The translations under genes were made by a program, and so were the position numbers. DNA of 52,645 nucleotides from a virus. Its lineage: Duplodnaviria > Caudoviricetes. The stretch lies in IMG/VR virus record IMGVR_UViG_3300048858_000048, positions 1 through 52,645 of that record; one strand, 5' to 3'. The notes beneath the pieces are model-generated. The model had not been told where the DNA came from and made no database searches. It was given only the letters and a program-made list of their open reading frames with translations. Of this stretch, positions 8,956 to 17,129 are shown piece after piece; positions within the stretch are counted from its first letter, which is position 1; each line of letters begins with the position of its first letter.

Positions 8956-9861
8956 ATGGGTAGCAAAACCTCAATATCTTGGTGCCGCTATACGTGGAAT
9001 CCTTGGATGGGCTGCACGAAAGTCAGCCCCGCTTGCGACGGATGTTACGCCGAAGCGATGATGGACAAGCATTACCACAAGGTCGAATGGGGACCGCATG
9101 CCACGCGGGTCCGCACCAGGCAGGAAAACTGGAACGAGCCGCTGCGCTGGCAGCGCCGCGCCGAACTCGACGGCGACAGACCTTTTGTCTTCTGCGCCAG
9201 CCTTGGCGATATCTTCGACAACCAGGTGGAGCCAGCATGGCGGCGCGATGCCTTCGATGTCATGCGCCACACGCCGAACCTTGTCTATCTGCTGCTGACC
9301 AAGCGGCCGGGAAACATCGTGCGCATGGCCGATGCAGCCGGCGGTCTACCTGCGAACGCTGCCCTCGGCACGTCGGTCGAGGACCAGCCGCGAGCAGACA
9401 AGAACGTTCCGGCGCTGCTGACGGCAAAGGTCGAGCTGGCCCCGCTCTTTGCCTTTCTCTCCTGCGAGCCGCTGCTCGGGCTGACCAAGATCCCGATGAT
9501 TGAGCTTGTCGATTGGGTTATTGCCGGCGGCGAAACGAGCCAGATCGGTCACCAGGCGCGCCCGACGCACCCGGATTGGTTCCGCGAGCTGCGAGATCAG
9601 TGCGCAGCGGCCGGCAAGCCGTTCCATTTCAAGCAGTGGGGAGAATGGACGCCCGGTGAAAACGTGCCGCACACCGTGCGGGGTCGCCGGGCTTCCGCCC
9701 ACTGGTTCGCTGACGAGTGGTCGATCGGCTCGACCAATATGAATGATCCGGAAGACGGATGGATGGACGAGCCGGATGTGTATCGCATCGGCAAGGCCAA
9801 CACCGGCCGCATGCTGGACGGCGTCGAGCACAACGCTTTCCCGGCGGTGGCACCGCTATGA
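8956..9861 (+). CDS. Phage Gp37/Gp68 family (DUF5131) protein
   Basis: TWNPWMGCTKVSPACDGCYA, FCASLGDIF, LLLTKRP, SCEPLLG, WVIAGGE, FHFKQWG. Confidence 0.9.
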   Translation: MGSKTSISWCRYTWNPWMGCTKVSPACDGCYAEAMMDKHYHKVEWGPHATRVRTRQENWNEPLRWQRRAELDGDRPFVFCASLGDIFDNQVEPAWRRDAFDVMRHTPNLVYLLLTKRPGNIVRMADAAGGLPANAALGTSVEDQPRADKNVPALLTAKVELAPLFAFLSCEPLLGLTKIPMIELVDWVIAGGETSQIGHQARPTHPDWFRELRDQCAAAGKPFHFKQWGEWTPGENVPHTVRGRRASAHWFADEWSIGSTNMNDPEDGWMDEPDVYRIGKANTGRMLDGVEHNAFPAVAPL

Positions 9862-10004
9862 TCCGAGACGCATTTTTCACGGCCGCCGTCGCGATCGCCC
9901 TCGCCCTCGTCAGCGGCTTACTCGGCTGGATCATCGGCAAGGACCAGTCCATGCCCGCCCGATGCCTCCCCCGCACCAACATCCTCGACATTCGGGAGTC
10001 TTGA
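9858..10004 (+). CDS. Small membrane-anchored hypothetical protein
   Basis: MIRDAFFTAAVAIALALVSGLLGWII; ATGA overlap. Confidence 0.5.
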   Translation: MIRDAFFTAAVAIALALVSGLLGWIIGKDQSMPARCLPRTNILDIRES

Positions 10005-10006
10005 GC

Positions 10007-10828
10007 ATGGATCTCCTCACACCCGGCGCCAAGCTCGCAAAACTGACGGCCACCGATATCCGGCTTGGCATGTCCAAGCGATGGGCGGCACCCGAATATG
10101 CCATCATGTGGGAAGTTTCCAACGCCACCGGCGGCGCCGCGAAGCGATATGCCGATGCGATCATCATGTCCCTTTGGCCCTCGCGCGGGCTGGAGCTGCA
10201 CGGCGTCGAGATCAAGATCAGCCGCTCCGACTGGAAACGCGAGGCTGCCGATCCAAGCAAGGCCGAGACGATCGCCCGCTTCTGCGATCGCTGGTACGTC
10301 CACACGGCGCCCGGCGTTGTCGACGATCTGTCCGCCGTGCCGCCGGCATGGGGGTTGCGGGAGTTTGACGGCAAGGTCTGGCGCACCATCCGCGAGGCCG
10401 CCAAGAACGAACCGGAGCCGATGACTCGGTCTTTCCTCGCAGCACTCCTGCGGCGTGCGGACGATACGATGCGCCTCATGATCAACGAGGCCACACGCGA
10501 GGCCCGCGATCGGCAGGCGGATGAGATGGAGAGGTTTCGCGAGAGCCGCAATAAGGAGATCGAGGAAGCCGCCGCCAGGCGCACGGCCCATCTTGAGAAC
10601 GCAGCCAAGAATATTGAACTGTTCGAGGCAGCCTTCGGTCAAAACACCCTGACAAATTGGGCGGTCGATCACGCCGCGCTTGGCCGCGCAGCTCGCGTTT
10701 TGAGCGAATGCGGATCGAAGAATTACGGCAACCTCGCCAAACGCTTTCGCGCCGCCGCAGACGAGATCGACGCACTGGCTGCCCTAGTCGACCCGCCGGC
10801 AAAGAGTGGGGAGCCAGCCGATGCCTGA
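10007..10828 (+). CDS. PD-(D/E)xK nuclease-like protein (MmcB-like)
   Basis: RYADAII..LHGVEIKISRSDW. Confidence 0.7.
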   Translation: MDLLTPGAKLAKLTATDIRLGMSKRWAAPEYAIMWEVSNATGGAAKRYADAIIMSLWPSRGLELHGVEIKISRSDWKREAADPSKAETIARFCDRWYVHTAPGVVDDLSAVPPAWGLREFDGKVWRTIREAAKNEPEPMTRSFLAALLRRADDTMRLMINEATREARDRQADEMERFRESRNKEIEEAAARRTAHLENAAKNIELFEAAFGQNTLTNWAVDHAALGRAARVLSECGSKNYGNLAKRFRAAADEIDALAALVDPPAKSGEPADA

Positions 10829-10994
10829 TGCCACCCTCGACGAGAAACTGTCGGAATTCCTCGACGCCCTCGATGAATGGGGCTGCGACGACAATCTGGC
10901 ACGCGCCAGGCACATCCTCGAATTTCAACGCCACGGCTACGACCTCTCCGAATACGAAGAGCATCCATTCCGTGAAAAGTCGGAGCTGAACTGA
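10821..10994 (+). CDS. Hypothetical protein
   Basis: GGAG RBS, operon coupling. Confidence 0.5.
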   Translation: MPDATLDEKLSEFLDALDEWGCDDNLARARHILEFQRHGYDLSEYEEHPFREKSELN

Positions 10995-11317
10995 TGACCT
11001 CTGATGCGCCCTTCAACCCTGCAGACCCGTTCGACGCGACGATCGAGGATCTGCGGAAATCGCTCACCCTGTCCGTCGCGTTCCACATAGAGAACCATCA
11101 GCCCATGCAGCTGCTCGACCACGGCAGGCGCTACCAAGCGGTTATGATCGCCCTTCTCGTGACGACGACCGGATGCCTGGACACACTGACGTTGCCTGGC
11201 AACGAAAAGCACATGCTCAGGGCGATCAAGTCCTACCTGCCCGAGGCACTTCGGATTGCGCGGGAAATCGCCGCAAACGGTGAGATGGAAGTGGCGAAGG
11301 GGGAGGCAAAACATTGA
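10994..11317 (+). CDS. Hypothetical protein
   Basis: TGATG coupling, GGAG RBS. Confidence 0.6.
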   Translation: MTSDAPFNPADPFDATIEDLRKSLTLSVAFHIENHQPMQLLDHGRRYQAVMIALLVTTTGCLDTLTLPGNEKHMLRAIKSYLPEALRIAREIAANGEMEVAKGEAKH

Positions 11318-11553
11318 CCACCGACAACACGCCGATTTCACCAATAGCAGTCTTGGCTGCTTTCGCGGACCAGAAGGTCAAGCTTCCCCTCCGCATGTCA
11401 GGCGAGGACGCCGGCGTCATACTTGATGACGATGGCGTGGACGTTCTCACAGTGGACAGCAACGGTATGCGCGCTGACGACGAAGCACTCGCGATCGCCA
11501 CATTGATCGTGAGCGCTGTAAATCATCTCGCAGGACTGGAGGGCTCAAAATGA
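11314..11553 (+). CDS. Hypothetical phage protein
   Basis: GGAGG RBS, TTG start overlapping upstream stop. Confidence 0.6.
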   Translation: MTTDNTPISPIAVLAAFADQKVKLPLRMSGEDAGVILDDDGVDVLTVDSNGMRADDEALAIATLIVSAVNHLAGLEGSK

Positions 11554-12074
11554 AGGGCCGTCCCGTATTTCTTCCAAAGCCAGTGCGGAAATCTGGCGGT
11601 GCCCGGCCACCGCATCCCGCCGATCAGAACGCGAAAAAACTCCCCCGTCACCCGCACACGGATGATTTCTTCGTGACCGAGTTCGCCGAAACGATGAAGG
11701 ACAAACTTGCGCTCAAGCGCGGGGAAGGTCGCGGCGGATGGGAGAACAAGGAAGAGTGCTCGGGAGAATTCCTGTCGCAGCTCCTCCGCGAACATGTCGA
11801 GAAGGGCGACCCGGTCGACGTTGCCAACTTCTGCATGATGCTGCACCAGCGCGGCGAGCGGATATCCCCAGCACCCCAGCCACATTTGGCGGGCGTCACC
11901 GATGCAGAACGCCTGGAAGATTTGCGCCTCGCCGCTAAGGCGATCCGCACGTATATGCCGGAGACGCTTCCCGCAGGTGAAGACGGTAAAATCCATTTTG
12001 CTCGCGCTCTAGCCGAAGCTGCGGCCGATGCGATCGAGGCAGTGCTCGCCACCATGGAGGGCTCGGCAGAATGA
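11550..12074 (+). CDS. Modular phage early protein (all-alpha, MazG/Ead-like domain, linker, second module)
   Basis: KLALKR..GRGGW..LREHVEKGDPVDVANFCMMLH is a recurrent phage domain; contains linker copy 11865-11900. Confidence 0.6.
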   Translation: MKGRPVFLPKPVRKSGGARPPHPADQNAKKLPRHPHTDDFFVTEFAETMKDKLALKRGEGRGGWENKEECSGEFLSQLLREHVEKGDPVDVANFCMMLHQRGERISPAPQPHLAGVTDAERLEDLRLAAKAIRTYMPETLPAGEDGKIHFARALAEAAADAIEAVLATMEGSAE

Positions 12075-12823
12075 GCCGCACCCTGTGCTGGATATCCGGC
12101 GGCGCTGCCAGCGTCATTGCCGCCAAGATTGAGTTGACCGATAACCCGGCCGCGATCTGTGTCCGCTGCGACACTAACAACGAGGACGAGGACAACCAGC
12201 GCTTCGAGGCAGAAGCCCTGTATTGGCTCAATGCCGAGTTTCATATCATCAAGTCCCAGGACTATGACGGCGTAGTGGATGTTTGGGAAAAGCGGAAGTT
12301 TATGGCCGGGCCGAAGGGCGCGCCGTGCACTTTGGAAACGAAGATCATTCCGCGCCTCGAATTCCAGCGTCCGGATGATATCCACGTTTTTGGCTACACC
12401 GCCGACAAACCCGATGTAGCTCGCTTTGCGAGGCTGAAGGCCAACTATCCGGAACTGATCGTCAAGGCGCCGCTCATCGCCGCCGGCATCGACAAGTCAG
12501 GCGCACTGGCGATGTTGTTGCGGGCGGGGCTGACTCCGCCGCGCACCTACGCCATGGGCTTCCCGAACGCCAATTGCCTGCAGACGGGATGCGTCAAGGC
12601 GACCTCGCCGGATTACTGGTCCCTCTTTCGCCAGAAGTTTCCGGAGCGGTTTGCCGCGATGGCAGAGCGTTCACGGCGTATCGGAGCGCGCCTTGCTCGC
12701 ATCAATGACGAGCGCATCTTCATCGACGAAATCCCCGCCGACTGGCCGGTCACCAACCCGATCGCGCCCGCCTGCGACTTCATCTGCCAGTTGGCGGAAA
12801 TGGACATGGAGAAGGTAGCATGA
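12071..12823 (+). CDS. PAPS-reductase-like / adenine nucleotide alpha hydrolase family phage protein
   Basis: PP-loop-like WISGGAAS, APCTLETK, YAMGFPNANC..GCVK. Confidence 0.7.
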   Translation: MSRTLCWISGGAASVIAAKIELTDNPAAICVRCDTNNEDEDNQRFEAEALYWLNAEFHIIKSQDYDGVVDVWEKRKFMAGPKGAPCTLETKIIPRLEFQRPDDIHVFGYTADKPDVARFARLKANYPELIVKAPLIAAGIDKSGALAMLLRAGLTPPRTYAMGFPNANCLQTGCVKATSPDYWSLFRQKFPERFAAMAERSRRIGARLARINDERIFIDEIPADWPVTNPIAPACDFICQLAEMDMEKVA

Positions 12824-14985
12824 ACGATCTCATGATCGATATCGAAACGCTCGGTCATCGGCCGGGAAGCGTGATCGCCAGCATCGGCGCAATCGAGTTC
12901 GACGCCGCCACCGGCGAATTCGGCCAGAGCTATTATCTCACCGTCGATCCGGAAAGCTGCCAACGACATGGCCTCAAGATCGACGCATCCACGGTGAAAT
13001 GGTGGATGACACAGAGCGAAGAAGCCCGAGCCAGCACGTTCGCCGAGGGCATTTCTATCAACCATGCTCTTCTCGATCTCACGCGGTTCGTCCAGGATTG
13101 CGAGCCCGCGAGAATATGGGCGCATAGCCCATCCTTCGACGTCGTGCAGCTGGAAGCAGCCTATGAGGCTTGCGTCTCCCCGTGCCCATGGACCTACAAG
13201 CAACCTCGCGACACGCGGACGCTCTTCGACCTCGCAGGCGTCAAGATCGAGAAGAACGGCGTGCACCACAACGCTGCGGACGATGCTCGCGCCCAGGCAG
13301 AAGCCGTGATCCGCGCCTACCAGCAGCTCGGCTTGTCCTCCCCAGCGCCCCAACCGAACGTGGCGGGCCTTACTTCTCCTGCTTCAACCTCTCCCATTCG
13401 TCCGGTTGAAGCGCGGCCTGAAGGACAACATCAACCTGATCAAGGTACGACTGCCACATCGGCCTGCCCTCAAACTTCGCGTTCTCCGGTAGCCCATGAA
13501 ACCGACACAGAGCGCGAGCTGCACGCTCACGAGGACTTTTTTGACGAACAGTCATCGGAACCCTCCGAAGGAAAACGGCGGCATCTTACCACGACCGCCC
13601 CGCCCCAACAGCATTTGCGGGTTCATTCGTCACGTCTGACGCTGTTGTCGATACTGTGCCTCTGCCTAACTAGCGCATCTACTCGCCTGTCCGATTTGAT
13701 CTCCTGCCATGTTACCCATGCGATTAAGGCGATAAACATCAGGCCAACCACCCGAGTAACCCAAAGTGCCCCAGTAGGCCCGAAAACCGCCACCAGTGGC
13801 GCAGCGCGCGAATATGAAGTGACGTCTCTGATTAAGATCAGTTCTGCCAAAAAGAAGGCGATCAGGCCTATTCCGATCACCTTGGTGTTGAACAACTTTC
13901 TCACAGCATTGTCCTTGCCGCTCTCAAGGGCCTCCGAACGATCTTTCCCAGAGGCTATCCCCAATCAAGATAGCGGATACGTCCAAGAACGGAAGAAGGC
14001 CGATGCCTGCTGCAACCTAGCTGGATTGCACCAGCTGGCGCCCCCATCACCCCAACCTAAAGTGGTGCCTCTAACCTGCCAATGTGCCAACACCGTCACC
14101 GATCCCTGCATCGTATGCGGCAGGGGCAAAACACTCGTTACCGTTGAGTGGCTGCAAAAGATGGCGGCGAAGGAAGGTGATCTCGATTGCACGACGGGCC
14201 GCCCATCCCCCGTAACCAATGTGCTGCCGCCTGTTGTCACTGGCCAGAGGGAGATTGAACCGGACGTCACATCCGCAGATTTGGGCGTGAATGCTGAACC
14301 GGCCGATGACGAAATCGGTCCGCATGAGCAGGCGTTGCGGGATGCCGTCGAGCCTTTCTTAGATTGGCTGGAGATGCGTGAAGAAGGAGCCCATATCCAA
14401 GAAGTACGAGACGGCCTGATTGGCGTGGAAGACGTTCTCCCCGACGATCTGGTCGTTTTGGGCGCCCACCTGCGTGCTGACAAGGATCAAGGCGTCCTGA
14501 CGATGGGGCACTTCCGTCGATTGCAGAATGCCTATGACGGCAACGCCACCCCATCGCCCCAACCGAATGTGCTGCCGCCTGTCGTGACCGGACAGCTGGA
14601 AATCGAGCAGGACGTGACAGCAACCGATCTAGGGGCAAACGCCGAACCCGACGCCGACGACTATTGCCCGGCTTGTGGTGGCAGTGGCCGTGTCGGGCCA
14701 TTCTTTCCGGGTGGCCTATCCACAGTCTGCGGCAATTGCTCCGACACCGTGCCCCCATCGAATGTGACGGGCCTCTCCGACGAACAGCGCGGCGTTGGTA
14801 TTGGAATGGCGATCGCGGCCGGCATCGTCATGAAGTCGTGGGGCAACGACACCTACGCCCGCGAGATCCTCGGTGCGGCCGGCCTCCACACCCTCGAAAA
14901 GCTCAAAGCATCAGGTGTCGATCAATACGACATCGATCTAGTGATCCCGGCCCTTGCCGCCACCGCGACGGAGGCAAGCCGATGA
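12820..14985 (+). CDS. 3'-5' exonuclease (DEDDh, exo VIII-like) fused to a linker-separated multi-module tail
   Basis: MIDIETLG, SFDVVQLE, RDTRT, HNAADDA in the first ~170 aa; the rest is a mosaic with Cys-rich modules. Confidence 0.75.
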   Translation: MNDLMIDIETLGHRPGSVIASIGAIEFDAATGEFGQSYYLTVDPESCQRHGLKIDASTVKWWMTQSEEARASTFAEGISINHALLDLTRFVQDCEPARIWAHSPSFDVVQLEAAYEACVSPCPWTYKQPRDTRTLFDLAGVKIEKNGVHHNAADDARAQAEAVIRAYQQLGLSSPAPQPNVAGLTSPASTSPIRPVEARPEGQHQPDQGTTATSACPQTSRSPVAHETDTERELHAHEDFFDEQSSEPSEGKRRHLTTTAPPQQHLRVHSSRLTLLSILCLCLTSASTRLSDLISCHVTHAIKAINIRPTTRVTQSAPVGPKTATSGAAREYEVTSLIKISSAKKKAIRPIPITLVLNNFLTALSLPLSRASERSFPEAIPNQDSGYVQERKKADACCNLAGLHQLAPPSPQPKVVPLTCQCANTVTDPCIVCGRGKTLVTVEWLQKMAAKEGDLDCTTGRPSPVTNVLPPVVTGQREIEPDVTSADLGVNAEPADDEIGPHEQALRDAVEPFLDWLEMREEGAHIQEVRDGLIGVEDVLPDDLVVLGAHLRADKDQGVLTMGHFRRLQNAYDGNATPSPQPNVLPPVVTGQLEIEQDVTATDLGANAEPDADDYCPACGGSGRVGPFFPGGLSTVCGNCSDTVPPSNVTGLSDEQRGVGIGMAIAAGIVMKSWGNDTYAREILGAAGLHTLEKLKASGVDQYDIDLVIPALAATATEASR
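13370..13555 (-). CDS. Small hypothetical protein nested antisense in the exonuclease ORF
   Basis: GGAGG RBS; protein-like sequence KSPRERAARALCRFHGLPENAKFEGRPMWQSYL; stop codon abuts linker copy 2. Confidence 0.7.
   Translation of the reverse strand: MTVRQKSPRERAARALCRFHGLPENAKFEGRPMWQSYLDQVDVVLQAALQPDEWERLKQEK
13623..13964 (-). CDS. Two-TM membrane protein nested antisense in the exonuclease ORF (start may be GTG at 13904)
   Basis: Two hydrophobic helices (VIGIGLIAFFLAELILI; VVGLMFIALIAWVTW); visibly lower GC; stop codon abuts linker copy 3. Confidence 0.6.
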   Translation of the reverse strand: MGIASGKDRSEALESGKDNAVRKLFNTKVIGIGLIAFFLAELILIRDVTSYSRAAPLVAVFGPTGALWVTRVVGLMFIALIAWVTWQEIKSDRRVDALVRQRHSIDNSVRRDE

Positions 14986-15233
14986 TCAGAGACTACATGG
15001 GCAAGGCCGAGTTCGACGACGAGGCACGTGAAGGAACGCGCGTCCTGGCCAAAGAGGAGTTTTGCCGCCGCTTTGTTGAGTACATGACACGGGAGGCTGG
15101 CTTCGAAGTCTTCGATAACGGGCAAACCGTTCGCGCCTATGCGGAAGAAACCGCCCCCGACTATTGGGATAACAGTCCCGACATCCCACCGGAAGAAGCC
15201 GCAGAAGCCGACATGGATTGCTGGGAGGATTGA
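14982..15233 (+). CDS. Hypothetical phage protein
   Basis: GGAGG RBS, ATGA overlap; acidic C-terminus PEEAAEADMDCWED. Confidence 0.65.
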   Translation: MIRDYMGKAEFDDEAREGTRVLAKEEFCRRFVEYMTREAGFEVFDNGQTVRAYAEETAPDYWDNSPDIPPEEAAEADMDCWED

Positions 15234-15282
15234 CCATGACAAAAAATGACACCCCAGCGCCGCAGACGAGGGAGATTGGGAA

Positions 15283-15447
15283 GTGATCTGGACGCTTTTT
15301 ACCATTTGCGCGGTCACCGCCCTCCACGGAATGACGATCATAAGCAGCCAAAAATCGCTTAGCGCGTGGTTTGCAAGCCTGATGCCGCTCTTTCTGGGGC
15401 TCAACGGCATGGTCATCGCAATTGTCCTGAGACACTGGGGATTCTGA
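15283..15447 (+). CDS. 54-aa two-TM membrane protein (not in ORF track)
   Basis: GGAG RBS then GTG; MIWTLFTICAVTALHGMTII...LMPLFLGLNGMVIAIVLRHWGF; TGATG coupling to next gene. Confidence 0.5.
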   Translation: MIWTLFTICAVTALHGMTIISSQKSLSAWFASLMPLFLGLNGMVIAIVLRHWGF

Positions 15448-15668
15448 TGACAATGGCTGACAAGCTCACAAAATGCCCGGCGTGCAGCGGTCGTGGATAC
15501 TTCCGCTGCGACTGCTGGCCGGGTGACTGCTTCTGCAGTGAAGGTGATGAAACCTGCTGGGAGTGCGAAGGCGAAGGGCGGATTGATCCGAGCAACGACG
15601 AGTTCGGAGGAGACGTCGGAACGCCCGGCCCACCTGCACCCGTAGAGAGGGATTGCGACGATGTCTGA
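15447..15668 (+). CDS. Cys-rich zinc-finger protein (DnaJ-type CxxCxGxG repeats)
   Basis: CPACSGRG...CDC..DCFC...CWECEGEG. Confidence 0.6.
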   Translation: MTMADKLTKCPACSGRGYFRCDCWPGDCFCSEGDETCWECEGEGRIDPSNDEFGGDVGTPGPPAPVERDCDDV

Positions 15669-15810
15669 CGCTTGGCGGCAGGGCCGCGCAGCTTACCTTG
15701 CTGCGGTTCCGGAGAGCGACTGCCCATTCGATATGATGCTGCAGTGGGAGCAGTGGGCCGACTGGATCTGCGGATATGGTGAAGCCAGAGAGGAGGGCGA
15801 TCGCCCATGA
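15661..15810 (+). CDS. Rmf/CrpP-fold-like small protein (not in ORF track)
   Basis: MSDAWRQGRAAYLAAVPESDCPF...WADWICGYGEA fits the G..A.......CP(F/Y)......W..G(W/Y) pattern. Confidence 0.55.
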   Translation: MSDAWRQGRAAYLAAVPESDCPFDMMLQWEQWADWICGYGEAREEGDRP

Positions 15811-16010
15811 CCCTTATCAAGCACGAGGGCAAGATGCAGGTGACTTGCAACGCCTGCCCCGCCACCTATCGCCGCACCTATGCGGAAGAGGATTTCCATA
15901 TCCTCCTGACCGACATCAAGGCCGAAGGTTGGCGCATCAAGCGTCAGGCAGACGAGTGGACGCATAGCTGTCCGGACTGCTCAAAATGGACCGAAAGGAG
16001 ATTGCTCTAA
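15807..16010 (+). CDS. Small zinc-binding phage protein
   Basis: CNAC...GW...HSCPDC; GGAGG RBS. Confidence 0.7.
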   Translation: MTLIKHEGKMQVTCNACPATYRRTYAEEDFHILLTDIKAEGWRIKRQADEWTHSCPDCSKWTERRLL

Positions 16011-16444
16011 TGGTGGCCTACGGTTTCAAATCCTTCTTCGCGCCGCAGATCGAGAGCGGTTTCAAGCGGCAGACGGTGCGCGGCGATCGCAACCGCCATG
16101 CACGACCGGGCGAACTGATCCAACTTTACCAGGGCATGCGCACCAGGTCCTGCCGGAAGCTCATTCCCGACCCACCTTGCACCGGCGTCGACCGCATCGT
16201 CATCGAGCGCCAGGCCGTACCCATTACCGCGATCGAGATCAACGGCGTCCGGCTGACTGATGACGAGATCGAGGAGTTTGCCCGCCAGGACGGGTTCGCA
16301 CCCGAGCACCTGAAGGGCGCCGCCGGCCTCGATAGCCACCTAGCCCGCTGGAACATGGCGATGTTCTGGTCGCTCAATCATCCCAACCCCGGAAACTTCG
16401 AAGGCGTGCTGATCCGCTGGGACCCGAGAGGAGCTGCAGCATGA
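16010..16444 (+). CDS. ASCH/PUA-like domain protein
   Basis: F..FAPQIESGFKRQTVR..RHARPGELIQLY..FARQDGF. Confidence 0.75.
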   Translation: MVAYGFKSFFAPQIESGFKRQTVRGDRNRHARPGELIQLYQGMRTRSCRKLIPDPPCTGVDRIVIERQAVPITAIEINGVRLTDDEIEEFARQDGFAPEHLKGAAGLDSHLARWNMAMFWSLNHPNPGNFEGVLIRWDPRGAAA

Positions 16445-16992
16445 CGCTCGATCTCTTCCCCGCCATGAAGATGACTGCCAAGTTCTCCGACTGCCGCACC
16501 TACCGGTATCTGTTCGGTCGCGTCTGGGACGATAGTCTCCGGATCTTGCCGGTCGCGATGCTGAACCCGTCGAGGGCCGACGCCGATCGCAACGACCCCA
16601 CCGTGACCACGCTCATTCATTTCGCGAAGCTCTGGGGTTATGGCGGCCTGTCAGGCGCGAACTTGGCCGCCCTCGTTAGTTCGCAGCCGAGGGTGATGAT
16701 GGCCCATCCGGACCCGATCGGCCCGGAGAACGATCAACATATCGCGCAGTTGCTCAACCTGGCTCGCCATACCGGCACGCCGGTGCTCGCGGCATGGGGC
16801 AACGGCGGCAGCTTTCGCGGCCGCGATGAATGGTTCATCAACAGAGCCCGCGCCGCCTTCGTCGACCTAGTCTGCCTCGGCGTTACCAAGGACGGCTTTC
16901 CCAAACATCCGGCAGCACGTGGCACCCATCGAATCCCGCGCGATCAGCAACCCATCCTCTGGAAACCGTGGCGGGAACCAGCAGACCAATGA
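16441..16992 (+). CDS. DUF1643 family protein
   Basis: FSDCRTYRY.. MLNPSRAD..DPT..AAWG..CLGVTKDGFPKHP. Confidence 0.85.
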   Translation: MTLDLFPAMKMTAKFSDCRTYRYLFGRVWDDSLRILPVAMLNPSRADADRNDPTVTTLIHFAKLWGYGGLSGANLAALVSSQPRVMMAHPDPIGPENDQHIAQLLNLARHTGTPVLAAWGNGGSFRGRDEWFINRARAAFVDLVCLGVTKDGFPKHPAARGTHRIPRDQQPILWKPWREPADQ

Positions 16993-17015
16993 GCCTTCCC
17001 GACACCAGCGCGCCC

Positions 17016-17106
17016 CGTCCGACAAACGGTCATTTCCCGATGCTCCGCATTCCGTTCCGTAAACCTTGCGAATCGATGTCAAATCGGAAACATTTCGGTT
17101 TGAACA
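17016..17106. other. Putative res site for the resolvase
   Basis: CGTCCGACAAACG, CGTTCCGTAAACC and imperfect inverted repeat TGTCAAATCGGAAACATTTCGGTTTGAACA directly upstream of the resolvase. Confidence 0.5.
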
Positions 17107-17129
17107 ACTTGAAGGACGATTCGCGCATC

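Larger units (their letters stand above)
11865..14778 (+). repeat. Dispersed family of about seven 30-36 bp in-frame linker repeats
   Basis: Copies near 11865, 13339, 13594, 14041, 14200, 14548 and 14746; approximate consensus CCCCA(G/T)C(A/G)CCCCAACCGAA(T/C)GTG..G; peptides SPAPQPHLAGVT, SPAPQPNVAGLT, APPQQHLRV, PSPQPKVVPLT, PSPVTNVLPP, PSPQPNVLPP, PPSNVTGLS. Confidence 0.75.

Noticed and set aside
11865-14778. Linker repeats as a CRISPR array or integron attC sites
   Set aside because: Copies are degenerate with irregular spacing of 160-1470 bp, there is no cas or intI gene, and no consistent RYYYAAC/GTTRRRY ends or shared hairpin
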